Below, piece after piece: positions 11,385 to 23,261 of a stretch of DNA of 64,000 nt. This DNA comes from Asterias rubens (taxonomy: Eukaryota): NCBI RefSeq assembly GCF_902459465.1, contig NC_047064.1, positions 640,762 through 704,761 on the forward strand. The letters run 5' to 3'. The translations under genes were made by a program, and so were the position numbers. Every line of letters begins with the position of its first letter. Positions within the stretch are counted from its first letter, which is position 1. Below the pieces are notes generated by a model. It saw only the letters and a list, made by a program, of their open reading frames with translations, was not told where the DNA came from and made no database searches.

Positions 11385-12424
11385 TCAGATAAAGGATCAT
11401 CCATGAAGTATAAAAGTCGAGCATCAACTATGGATGGAAGTGTAAGTGCTTTAAATTCTAATCGAGTTGGAAAATTTTTAGGCATTTGAGGTTCAGATTT
11501 ACTCAAGAGATTGGGTTGCTCGAGGAATATGCCAGTGATTTTTTTCACATAGCTCAAGAAATGACCGAGTATACAGTGCTAACACATGTTGCAATTCTAG
11601 AGCAGTGTCATACCAACTAGACCACCGAGGTTGCCCGGCAGCTAGAGGCAGTTCGAATCCTATGTTTTGGCAGCGGGTACCGCAACGATATAATAGATAT
11701 AATAGATGTTGAATTTGCATCGGGGATAAAGAATATTAATTTTGGTTTTTTACCCATACACCGATGTGTGTTAGCACTGTATACTCAGTACTTTCCCGAG
11801 TCCTGTGAAAAAATATCACAGGCATGTTACTCGGGTAACTTTTGTTTTCCCTCGCCCATCTTGAGGTATATTTTCTTATATTTGGTTTTGTACTGTTTGG
11901 CAAATAAAATAATAATAACATCCTAATCAGATAACAGTTGGTATCACATTGACATCCTGGTATTGCACGCATGTCGTACCTTAGTGTCGGATCTTCTTTG
12001 CATTGTGATTGGTCAATACGCAATGGGGCTAAGCTTAATGGATCGGTCTATTGTCTGAAACAAAAATCATGTTATTGGCCTGCTGGTCTGTCACAGGTTG
12101 TAGTTTGGGAACTGGCCTGGTGAACACTGACCAATCTTGTTTCTTTATCTTTTCTTCTATTCATTGTTCTATTGTAAGGGTGGCTGGTAATAGTATAAAA
12201 CATTGTGAGAAACAGCTCCCAGTGAAGAAACTAAGTTTTTGAGAAAGAAGTTATTTTCAACGAATTTGAAATTCGAAAGGATCTGAAAGCACACAACTTC
12301 GTGTGACACAGGTGTTTTTTCTTTCATTATTATCTCAGGTTTGTTGTTTTATGCATATTGAGATGGATACACTAAGTGAGAAGACTGGTCTTTGACAGTT
12401 ACCAATAGTGTCCAGTGTCTTTTA
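11385..12424 (+). mobile_element. segment E2 copy 2 (11385-12301) continuous with a MITE-A 3' end and TIR (12302-12424): a long MITE-A-related element
   Basis: After CACAACTTCG it continues tgtgacacaggtgttttt...accaatagtgtccagtgtc, exactly as the MITE-A interior does (cacgacttcgtgtgtgacaagggtg). Confidence 0.7.
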
Positions 12425-12504
12425 TTTGCTGGGTAGCAGTGCATTATATTTGAAAAGCTCAGTCTCAATCTTTGTCTATCTGGGTTTTTTTTTTCTCCCT
12501 TTAG

Positions 12505-12594
12505 AGTCCTGTTCTTGATGGACCAACCACCCCAAGACAGAAGAAGATTGGCCACAGGAGGGTTGACACCTTAGGGGAAACAACATATAAAAAG
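12505..12594 (+). CDS. PIP5K1: PIP5K1 exon: SPVLDGPTTPRQKKIGHRRVDTLGETTYKK
   Basis: Matches the conserved PIP5K N-terminal motif KKIGHRxVD..GETTYKK. The acceptor is ctccctttag and the donor is gtaagt. Confidence 0.75.
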
Positions 12595-13029
12595 GTAAGT
12601 TTTTTTCCTCCTAAGAATGATAACAAGATTTATTGTTAGTGTCTGTTATTTTGGCTGTAAGTCGTGCCTGTTCAATGTTTATTTTCCATTACTAAGTATT
12701 GACCCCTTGATTTGTGCCTATTGAACGTCATTTTTAGAGTCAATAGAAATAGTGTGCAAAATGACTCTGCTTACTGTTAAGCAGTGCTTTAAAAATTGAG
12801 CATTGTGTGCATCTATCTCACATGGGTTGCTATAGTTAAATGCACTAACTACACAATTGCGCAACCACGATTAATCAAAGGTGGTCATGTCAGGTGAAAT
12901 GGTTTCTACTTTTTCATTTATTGAACCGTTAAATAAATTAAAAAGTAGAAAATGCAAGTAATTGCTGCTCTTCAATTTACAGTTTGACATTCTCTCTACA
13001 ATGAAGCAGGGGAATTCTCATTAAAGGGA

Positions 13030-13155
13030 CTGTGTCATCTTGATCAGGCCTGTGTCATCTTGATCAGGCCTGTGGCATCTTGATCAGGCCTGTGGCATCT
13101 TGATCAGGCCTGTGTCATCTTGATCAGGCCTGTGTCATCTTGATCAGGCCTGTGG
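13030..13155. repeat. 21-bp minisatellite x6 (CTGTG[T/G]CATCTTGATCAGGCC)
   Basis: Direct tandem repeat. Confidence 0.9.
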
Positions 13156-15267
13156 TGGTTCATGAAATAATAAACTGCACATGCGGGACCTGCTTCTAAA
13201 TAATGCTTTCGAGAGGGCGCGAATTTGTGCGGTAACTGAGCAAGAGTTTATAATTCCATATACAGCCACAGGCGTGTTTTGATTATGACAACATAGCCCC
13301 TTTAAATTAATCATACATTAAAAAATTTCATTTTCTCTTTAGTATTCACATGATGTTTTCAATATGTCATCATTTTGTTTAAAAACATTCAGCATGTATG
13401 AAGTGTTGCAAACCAATATTTAAATCTGTCAATTTCTCTAAAAATCAATACTTTTATTTTTTGAAGGAAAGTGAGTTATTTATAGATCAATTGTTCATCT
13501 CTCAATTGTTCAGGTTTTTACAATTTGATTAAGGGCTGCAGAAGCAAGGTTGTGTATAACTTGAACACCTTGCAATTTAATTAATAACATAGGTTCATAT
13601 AGTTGTTATTATAGTAGCCGTGTGAATCCTATGTTAATTAAAGTTGGCCATATGGTGTAGTCAATATACAGGTCATGAGATTATTACACATTTGCCGCTG
13701 GAGCTCTTGGGCCTGGTTGGATTTAATGGCTTCCAATGTGGCTATGGCTGCCCACCTTCAATGTTGTCATTGATAGACAAAGTTGAAGCCAAAGTCATTT
13801 GATTTGCATGCAGCATTAGACAAGATTTAATGCCTTATGGATGATGGTCATGTACATTGTACATTGTATTAACAGTGATTAGTACATGTATGTGCAGTAA
13901 TCTATTACTTCTCAATGATAAATGTACCTCGTGCATTGAAGAAAATGAAAGATAACTCACATCATCATTCCAAGGATGATTCATTTTGGAACCAAATAAA
14001 TACATGTATACGTATGTAATAAACATTATAAAGTAATTAATCTAATAATTCATTGTAAGATACAAATTTAGAACCCCGCATAATGATAGTTCATGTCACT
14101 ACAGGTTTGCAATGTAAATTATTAGCCTATAACATTCATAAGTGCCAGCTTAAAAATATACTGCAATTCGTTTTGGGAAACCGGGAACTGTGTTAAATTA
14201 ACTTCCTACATGTATGCTACAGAACAAAAACACTATTATCCATTTTCTAACCATCTCTAAAGACAGAAACAGTTTTTGTTGTTGACTTCAGCCAATAATA
14301 TATCGGCCTAACTATAAAATGCAAATTAGGAGTTTCTATTTGTTATTAATTAATAATGTTTTGGGGTTAAATCAAGGTTGTTTTATAGTCATTGAACTTC
14401 AGCCATCTGGCATTGGGGATGTACAAATGTAAACCACTCATCAACTGTCTATTCTCAAGTCATCATCTTTGAACTTATTCCCTGACTGCATACAGTACAT
14501 TAAAAGTGATGAGTCATAGGGGATGAAAAGGGACCAGTCTAAATCATCTCTCATCCATCATTCTGATGCTAGCGTTGGATGTCCATATTTATATGTAGGC
14601 AGACGTGCTTGAAAGGCTGAGCATTTAAAAGCCTTGCTAGCTCATTTTCATTGTTTCATCAGAATATAGATTTAGCAAGTTTGCCAACTGCTTTTAAAAC
14701 CAAAAGGAAAATGGTTAATAGCCTGATTAGATGTTCCGACCCTACGTGTACATGTACGTAGCAGAGTCTATTTTTCCAAGGCTATACCATTTACAAATCG
14801 ATAGAATTATTGTCTAAGAATAGATCTGTGGGTTTGCACGACATTGGTAAGATTAACAATATAAATGTCACCAGAGTTCCACACAGTATAAAGATTGCCA
14901 CGGTAGAAATTTCCTTTTAAATATTTTTCTCGAAAACAGCTTTGATCTTGCGAGATCAAAGCTGGTCGAAAACAGTGACACAACCTTTACCTGTCTTCAT
15001 AGACTGATAGAGCCTTTGTTGTAAATTTTCACAAGCTTTCTTTCATGTATGTTGTGGCACACATGTACAGCGTGGGCATTGGTCTATGACAAATTACCAG
15101 TGTTATTCACATGCTTCATGAATAAAGTTCAAGGCCTGTCTGATGGGATGTATGATTTACAATTAAATTATATGAAGATGGATTGATAAGAAATAGCACC
15201 AGGCTTGAGTAGAAATGCAGTCTGCTGGTTAAAAACTAGTCATCTTTAAAGGGTAGTCACACGATGC

Positions 15268-15366
15268 ATACCATACCCTTGTTCCAAGTGGACCCAAACC
15301 ATACCATACCCTTGCTCCAAGTGGACCCAAACCATACCATACCCTTGCTCCAAGTGGACCCAAACC
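15268..15366. repeat. 33-bp tandem repeat x3 (ATACCATACCCTTGCTCCAAGTGGACCCAAACC)
   Basis: Direct tandem repeat. It ends in a partial inverted match (gtttggtccac). Confidence 0.9.
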
Positions 15367-17267
15367 CAGTTTGGTCCACATGTAAATGTACCTGGGTAAA
15401 TGAATTTGTAAACAATTGTTGTGTACAAGTGATCATTTTATCCTTAAAATAAACGGGGCATGAAAGGGTTTAAAAGTCATGATTTATATTTTAGTTTTGA
15501 TTGTATATAGGGGTTTGTGGCTTCATTTGTGCAGACATTGCATTCTAAACTAACCATTCTGTACAACAATAACGTACTGAGTAAATGTACACTGTCATTT
15601 ACATTGTAGCTGGCACATTTTGGGCTTTCTCAATCTTTATCGGAAATGTTCGGGGAGGGAAAATGGATGAACATTTAAGTGCCTACAGGTGTGGTGTGTA
15701 CATCATACATGGTGTTTCTAACCTAGTTGTTGGGACCAGTCCCATAAGAAAGTATACTGAGTGACATGTGATTATAAATGCAGACAGACATGACAGATCT
15801 ATACAGTGCTCTTGTCAAAAGCCAGCCTTAGGGTTAGATTATGACCAATCCATATACACGTACATGACTGATAACATTATATTGGCATTATGAAAACCAA
15901 TCACTAGTGGTGAATTGTTAGAAGGAATGATCCTGAAATCCATTGAAGTACGTACATGGTTCTGTTTGCAGGTCTTATTTCACTATGAGGATGTGAATTT
16001 GCCAAGTGACTTTGTTGATTTGTAAACTAAAGAAACCATTCAGTAATTTTAAACAAACAACTTGATGGGTTTTGGTTTTAATTCTAAATGTTAATTGCAG
16101 AATACTTCCCTTTTACATTACACTTGACATCTGATGATCAAAACAAAGTTTTTCGATTGAGATAGTTTTAATTTAATTGCGCTTGCTTTATTACATCAAA
16201 AGTTATTGTGTCATTTACAGTACTTAACTATTGATGTCTCACGCACATAAACTGTACAACATACGTATACCGTGTACTGATTGTTTAACTTCAAATACTA
16301 TTATTCTTAACATGAGGGAACCAATCTTCATTAATTGTACTGTACCATTGTATTTTGTGTATGATAGAATTACAAGCGGTTAGTGAAGGACATGCAAAAA
16401 TCGTAGACATTACGCTAACTTGTTCTTTTGACTAGTCAGCCAGGCAGTTGTCTAGCCAGTGTCAGTTCTGACATGTTGTCAGTTATGACAGTTCCTTCAA
16501 TGTATCTAAAAAATCATAATATACATAAAATCATTATTTCAAATGGGTGGGATACTAGTGTTTTACAGACACTACTAGCCAGGCTTTTACAGAGTCAAGT
16601 TTGCCTTGATTTAGCCTAAAAAACTTAACAAAAATAGTAAACAAATAAAATTTAAAAAATTAGCGAATTAATGCATTTTATGCAGCGCTAGACTTAATGT
16701 GCATTGCCCTTCAAACAGCTGCTGTGTGTTCCATTGCCTGTCTATGTCACACATAGACTGTTAGTGTACACACTGAAAATAAAAAACGATTAAAAATCAA
16801 TCGTAAAGCACAGCAGTTATTGAATTAAAATTACCATCGGTTTATTTCTGTGATTGTTGTGACATAATAGAATGGTCTGCAGCAAAGGTACATCGTTGCT
16901 CTAACTTATGTTTCCGTTCTAAATAGCGCTGCTGTGTAGCAGTGTGGTCAGACTGTCTATACCCTTGAGGGTTAACATAATATGTCAAGGTATGGAGTGC
17001 AGGCTGATTTCCCTATTAGCCAATACAGTTCAAATAACCACAGGCTAGATTGACCAAGATTCATAATTAGGATATTATTTTGTGGAGACGTCTTTTGCTT
17101 GTTTTTGTTTCTGTTGGTGTCAGTTACAGTGCACTCCCACTGGTGATGGTACACTTATGTCTTGAAAATGCCATGAAGGGAATGTCATCATGGAGGGAAT
17201 TGTTGTTCACAACTTCACTTTAAAATTTACTGTTCCTCCATGCTACAGTTTCACAGTAACGGCATTA

Positions 17268-17570
17268 TTAAAGCCATTGGACCCTTTCGGTTCAGAAACA
17301 AAAACAAAAAGTTCACAGATTTACAAATAACTTACAGGGTTTACAGTTAAGGCAAGCAATGGTGAAAGACTTCTCTTGAAATATTATTCCATGAAATGCT
17401 TTACTTTTTGAAAAAACAGCAAAACAATATAAATTCTCGTTAACAAGAATTACGGATTTATTTTAAACACATGTCATGACACGGCGAAACGCGCGGAAAC
17501 AAGGGTGGGTTTTTCCGTTGTTTTCTCCCGACTCCGATGACCGATTGAGCCTAAATTTTCACAATTGGAA
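17268..17570 (+). mobile_element. MITE-D 5' part (truncated; no 3' TIR)
   Basis: TTAAAGCCATTGGACCCTTTCGGT... Its interior is identical in organisation to 50925-51293. Confidence 0.6.
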
Positions 17571-18353
17571 GCCTCCTCAATACTATGAAGTAATGATTCT
17601 GCAACTGATGTTGACAAGAGTGCTACATCATGGAGACGGATCTCTGGATAACGACTGCTCTTTCTTTCTTTAAGCACAATTCCTGTTTGCTGCTGAATAC
17701 CTCGTAAAGCGTGCCTCATTATATAATCCAGCACAACCACGAAGAGGAAAGGTGCTAAAGTAAATAACAAAAGGATGGTCAGATAAATCCAACCTAAACA
17801 ATGATAGAAGATTTAAAGGATGTATTCTAAATGTATCAAAATAATAGCCTCTCACACATTCAGCAGTTAAAAATTTTCAGTTTTAAAAATAGACTTCACA
17901 CAAGTCCCTCGAATTAATCTGCATCTCAACCTACATCGCTTTGACTGCCTCATGCATACTTCTCTCAACTGGTTTACCGACGTGATGTATTGATTCTTTA
18001 GGGAGGGGACCGTCCAAAGTGGCATTTTCATCATCTCTTGGGGGGTGTAGTCTGAGCTAGCTGAGAAAAGCCACGCCCGAGCGCTCTGCTTAGTGGTGCC
18101 TGACATAAACCAAATCTGGTTACTCATCGCAAGAAAACACAAGTCTAAGACTTCAGTGGGTTGTACGACATGTTGTTACAGACAGTGTCTTCAGCTGGCA
18201 TACATTTGGTCAGCGTTTTCTCATTTGATTTCAATCTGTATGTCATCATTACTACGGCACACGCCGTGTGTTACTTTAGATTGAAACCATGTCGGAGTGG
18301 GAAAGAAATCCAGGAATTTAATGAAATATAGATATTTGAAGGTTGCTATTCAA

Positions 18354-18990
18354 TTAGATTAGAATGGGTGGATGAAGGGGTGGGTGGGTATAGGGCAAGG
18401 TTGAGAAATGGGATTGCATTGGATGGGTTGAGTGAAGAGGTACAAGTGGGAATGCATTAGGATGGGTGGATGAATGGGTAGTGGGTATGAGTAAGGTCGA
18501 GGGTGGAACACTGCATCTTAGAATGGGTGAATAAAGGGTAAGGTTGAGGAATGGGTTTGCATTAGGATGGGTGGATGAATGTGTAGTGGGTATGAGTAAG
18601 GTCAAGGGTGGAACAATGCATCAGGATGGTTGGATGAAGGGGTGGGCGGGTAAAGGGTAAGGTTGAGGAATGAGGATTGCATTAGGATCAGTGGATGAAA
18701 GGGTAGTGGGTATGAGTAAGGTCGAGGGTGGAACACTGCATCTTAGAATGGGTGAATAAAGGGTAAGGTTGAGGAATGGGTTTGCATTAGGATGGGTGGA
18801 TGAAGGGGTGGGTGGGTAACACTGGGTATAGGGCAGGGCTGAGGAATTGCAAAACTACCACAGGATGGGTGGATAAATGGGTGGGTGATTAAATGGTGGA
18901 GGAAGGATAAAGTTGCATTTGAATCAATTCAGTGGAGGGAGGGTTGTCGGGTGGATGGGATGGGTAGAGGGCAAGAGGGAAAATTGCTTG
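18354..18990. repeat. satellite block, GGGTGGATGAA/GGGTAAGGTTGAGGAATGGG motifs with a ~105-120-bp higher-order unit x~5
   Basis: Repeated blocks at 18460-18565, 18566-18685 and 18686-18790. The ORF 18354..18605(-) is a repeat artefact. Confidence 0.8.
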
Positions 18991-19776
18991 TCAGTGATTT
19001 ATTTACATTGGGAGTGGAACACTTATTCTCATAATGTCATAATTCCTTGAATTACATGATTGTAAGCTACGCATCAAGCTTGCATAAAGATAAACTTGCT
19101 ATCGCACAATCGCGAGTGGAATATTGAAAAACATAGCGCCTCTGCGTCCCATTACTGATGAAATTTTGGCCGCAGACGAACTTTGTTTTCAGCATTCAAC
19201 TCCAGCCTGTGTGCTAACTAAAAAGTATTACCTCGTGGGATTTTTCAGACAACTCATTTGCATGGCGGGAATCTGAGGCTGCAGTATGCATAACCTACCT
19301 ACATGTACAGCCAGTTTGTTTAGATTGAAATTCTCTGCATAAACAATCAAGACAATGAAGACATCATTGTTTACTTTCTACCCCCAGTGGTCAACTGTCT
19401 CCATCATTTCTCCAGAGTGTCTAGAAATCGCATCTCCAATTCACTTTCTATGTTTTAAACGATTCTTAACATTTTCTTTATTTTTTCAAAAACTAATGTT
19501 TTCAAGTATTGAAGTCTCACTTTAAAAGTCAAATCTACTTTCAGAGATCATATTCAACACCTTCAAATAATATTAAAGATGCTGAGAATGTTTTTTTTTA
19601 ATGATTTAATTCCAATATAATTAAATTCCAAGACTGACTGTTCTTTGCCCTGAGTGTTTGTTCAAATATTGTCTGTCTGCCAGTGTCTATCGGGACATCC
19701 AGCACAAGGAAATGCTTGAGTGAGGTTTGGTTTGGAGGGAGATGGAATATGGCACAAATTTAAAATCAAGCTTTTT

Positions 19777-20120
19777 AAAGGCAGTGGACACTATTGGTAA
19801 TTACTTTAAATAATTATTAGCATAAAACCTTACTTGGTAACGAGTAATGGGGAGAGGTTGATGGTATAAAACATTGTGAGGAAAGGCTCACTCTGAAGTG
19901 GAGTAGTTTGAGAGAAAGAAGTAATTTTCCACGAATTTGATTTTGAGACCTCAAGTTTAGAATTTGAAGGGTGGAATCAAGCATCTGAAAGCACACGACT
20001 TCGTGTGTGACAAGGGTGTTTTTCTTTCATTATTATCTCGCAACTTCGATGACTGATTGAGCTAAAATTTTCACAGGCTTGTTATCTTTGACAATTACCA
20101 ATAGTGTCCACTGTCTTTAA
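19777..20120 (+). mobile_element. MITE-A full copy (TTAAAG GCAGTGGACACTATTGGTAAT ... ATTACCAATAGTGTCCACTGTC TTTAA)
   Basis: 22-bp terminal inverted repeats and TTAAAG flanks, with a shared interior. Confidence 0.7.
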
Positions 20121-20313
20121 CAATTCTTGGCAGTAGGGCACATGCTCAGACCTATGGAGCAATATTAGCAAATGCACTCTCATAACTGCAATTGTTTTAT
20201 GCTCTGCATGTTTGGCTGTGTTTTTCACATTTTCAATAGTACACAAAAATATCCCTTCAAGAGACACATTTATACACTACATGTACATGTAGGTGATGAG
20301 AAGGAACGTATGG

Positions 20314-20721
20314 TTAAAGACACTGGACACTATTAGTGATTGTCAAAGACCAGTCTTCCCACTTGGTGTTTCTCAACATGTGCATAAAATAACAAACCTG
20401 TGAAAATTTGAACTCAATTGGTCGTCGAAGTAGCGAGATAATAATGAATGAAAAAAACACCCTTGTCACACAAATTTTGTGTGTGTGTGCTTTCAGATGC
20501 TTGATTTCGAGACCTCAAATTCTAAACCTGAGGTCTCAAAATCAAATTCGTGGAAAATTAATTCTTTCTAAAGAACTACATCACTTCAGAGGGAGCCATT
20601 TCTCGCAATTTTTTATACCATCAACCTCTCCCTATAACTTGTTACAAAATAAGGTATTACTATTTTGAGTAATTACCAATAACTATTTTTAGTAATTACC
20701 AATATTGTCCACTGCCTTTAA
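20314..20721 (-). mobile_element. MITE-A full copy, inverted relative to 19777-20120 and 193 bp away
   Basis: TTAAAG ACACTGGACACTATTAGTGATTGTC ... ACCAATATTGTCCACTGCC TTTAA. Confidence 0.7.
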
Positions 20722-21459
20722 GCGTTGCATTTTGTTGCTTGTGTCGTAGACCTATTTCACGACCCACATTCTGTGTAGAGCAGACACTACGTGCAACACA
20801 CCAAAAGCAAACTACATATTCAAAAAGAAACTTTACCATATAATTGGGTTACTGAACCTACAATAATACACAAGTAACACACCATTGATATTGTATTTTT
20901 GTAACTTGATGTCCTGGTTTCTCATTGTTGCATTTGATCTTGAGATGTTGTGTTTGCATTGATCAAACAAGGAAAACAGTTTCATATAATTATTACACTA
21001 TACAAGAAAAAAGTATAGTGTGTCATTAGTTTCCTTGGGATTGTTCACCCAGTAATTTTTTGTAATTTATATAGTTTTTATATTGTTTGTGTATATTGTA
21101 TTTGGCCAGTGTATGTCAAGTTTCTATGTTTTTAACATGGACAAATAAATAAAATCTAGTCTAAATCTAATCTAAATTTAATCTAAATCTAATTACATGT
21201 AGTATAGTGTACAGAATATTGTGTCAATACAGTGTGCATGTATGAGAGTGGGAACCATAAATTCATTACATGTTAATTTGGTTGCAAAAATATCTAAGTT
21301 GTGTATTATTTGATCATCTGGCTCCATCTGACAAGCCTTAAACATTTTAGATGTTTGTTCATGGTGATATGGTCTAATCCAATAATCAATTTGTGAATGT
21401 TTATGGAGTTTGCAGAGAAGTTTAACCAATACTTTTTCTGGTATATTCTTTCCTTGCAG

Positions 21460-21518
21460 ACAAGTTCTTCGGCTTTGATGGCCGCAATTCAACTTGGTAT
21501 TGGTCATTCAGTGGGAAG
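21460..21518 (+). pseudogene. partial duplicate (copy 1) of the 5' 59 nt of PIP5K1 exon 21656..21786 with its acceptor; no donor
   Basis: Part of a 98-bp x3 tandem array (21421-21714). The third copy is the real exon start. Confidence 0.7.
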
Positions 21519-21557
21519 TTTAACCAATACTTTTTCTGGTATATTCTTTCCTTGCAG

Positions 21558-21616
21558 ACAAGTTCTTCGGCTTTGATGGCCGCAATTCAACTTGGTATTG
21601 GTCATTCAGTGGGAAG
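21558..21616 (+). pseudogene. partial duplicate (copy 2) of PIP5K1 exon start with acceptor
   Basis: Same 98-bp array, identical in sequence. Confidence 0.7.
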
Positions 21617-21655
21617 TTTAACCAATACTTTTTCTGGTATATTCTTTCCTTGCAG

Positions 21656-21786
21656 ACAAGTTCTTCGGCTTTGATGGCCGCAATTCAACTTGGTATTGGT
21701 CATTCAGTGGGAAGTTTATCAGCCAAACCAGAGAGAGACGTCCTTTTACAAGACTTCGCCGTCGTCGAGAGTATATTTTTCCCAAG
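21656..21786 (+). CDS. PIP5K1: PIP5K1 exon: [43 protein letters not shown](S)
   Basis: Near-identical to the vertebrate PIP5K1 segment [36 protein letters not shown]. The acceptor is ccttgcag and the donor is AG|gttaaa. Confidence 0.9.
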
Positions 21787-22002
21787 GTTAAAACTTAAGA
21801 CTTTTCTATTCTATAAAAATATCTTATATTATTGAATACTGTGGGGGGGGGGGGGGGGAGCTCATGCACTTCAGAGCATTTCAAACTATATCAGGACAAA
21901 CCCAAGAGAGTTTGAGGAATGTGGTTTACTGTGCCAGGCTTGTATGCTTTGTTTTTGAAATGGCACCAAGTATGGGGCACCCTTTGAGGAAATTGTGAAT
22001 TC

Positions 22003-22757
22003 CACTGATGTTATTGATTTCACTGATGTTATTGATTTCACTGATGTTATTGATTTCACTGATGTTATTGATTTCACTGATGTTATTGATTTTACTGATG
22101 ACATTGATTTCACTGATGACATTGATTTCACTGATGTTATTGATTTCACTGATGTTATTGATTTCACTGAAGTTATTGATTTCACTGATGTTATTGATTT
22201 CACTGATGACATTGATTTCACTGATGTTATTGATTTCAGTGATGTTATTGATTTCACTGATGTTATTGATTTCACTGATGTTATTGATTTCACTGATGTT
22301 ATTGATTTCACTGATGTTATTGATTTCACTGATGTTATTGATTTCAGTGATGTTATTGATTTCACTGATGTTATTGATTTCACTGATGTTATTGATTTCA
22401 CTGATGTTATTGATTTCACTGATGTTATTGATTTCACTGATGTTATTGATTTCACTGATGTTATTGATTTCACTGATGTTATTGATTTCACTGATGTTAT
22501 TGATTTCACTGATGACATTGATTTCACTGATGTTATTGATTTCACTGATGTTATTGATTTCACTGATGACATTGATTTCACTGATGTTATTGATTTCACT
22601 GATGTTATTGATTTCACTGATGTTATTGATTTCACTGATGTTATTGATTTCACTGATGTTATTGATTTCACTGATGTTATTGATTTCACTGATGTTATTG
22701 ATTTCACTGATGACATTGATTTCACTGATGACATTGATTTGATTTCACTTATTTCAC
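22003..22757. repeat. 18-bp minisatellite (CACTGATGTTATTGATTT, variant ..GACATTGATTT) ~41 copies inside PIP5K1 intron 21787-22807
   Basis: Explains the 244-282-aa ORFs in three frames (21886..22734-, 21995..22810+, 22008..22742+). Confidence 0.95.
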
Positions 22758-22807
22758 TGATTTTGATGATTTTATCTGATTTTAACTTCCATTCAATCCT
22801 GTTGCAG

Positions 22808-22925
22808 TGAGGGGAGTAACATTACACCAGCACACAGTTATCCAGACTTTAGATTCAAGACATATGCACCAATTGCCTTCCGATATTTCAGAGAACTGTT
22901 TGGAATTCAACCGGATGACTTCTTG
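22808..22925 (+). CDS. PIP5K1: PIP5K1 exon: (S)[39 protein letters not shown]
   Basis: Matches [38 protein letters not shown]. The acceptor is tgttgcag and the donor is gtgagt. Confidence 0.9.
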
Positions 22926-23261
22926 GTGAGTTGAGATGCATGTCAGCCATATTTGTTAATTTCTATGGGGAGAGATTGGGTGAATCGGTTGTAGGCCTGT
23001 ATGCTTCATTTTTAAAAAGGACACGGACACCAAGGCATTTTCTCCTTGGTAAAGGGCATCCTTTGAGGACATTTTAAAGTTCTACTGGAACATTTCAAGG
23101 GCACAAAGGGGGCATGGAGGCAATCGCCTTTGTTGGTTCTGTGAAGTATCAGGCCTGATGTGGTAAACAATTTCTCCCCCACCCCTTCCCAGGATTATTA
23201 ACAGTCAGTTCTTATACACATTTTATGCACCAGGATCTTAAAGCACTTATTGATATCGAAG

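Larger units (their letters stand above)
21421..21714 (+). repeat. 98-bp x3 tandem array spanning the PIP5K1 intron 3' end, acceptor and first 59 nt of the exon
   Basis: tttaaccaatactttttctggtatattctttccttgcagACAAG...GGGAAG recurs at 21421, 21519 and 21617. Confidence 0.9.

Noticed and set aside
22003-22757. Regularly spaced short repeats that could be read as CRISPR-like arrays (also at 41982-43168)
   Set aside because: This is a eukaryotic intronic context. The repeats are contiguous with no unique spacers, so they are minisatellites.
21886-22810. Three long ORFs (244-282 aa) with a 6-aa periodic sequence (VKSITS / FTDVID / LLISLM)
   Set aside because: They are translations of the 18-bp minisatellite in three frames on both strands. 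They lie inside a PIP5K1 intron and are not genes.
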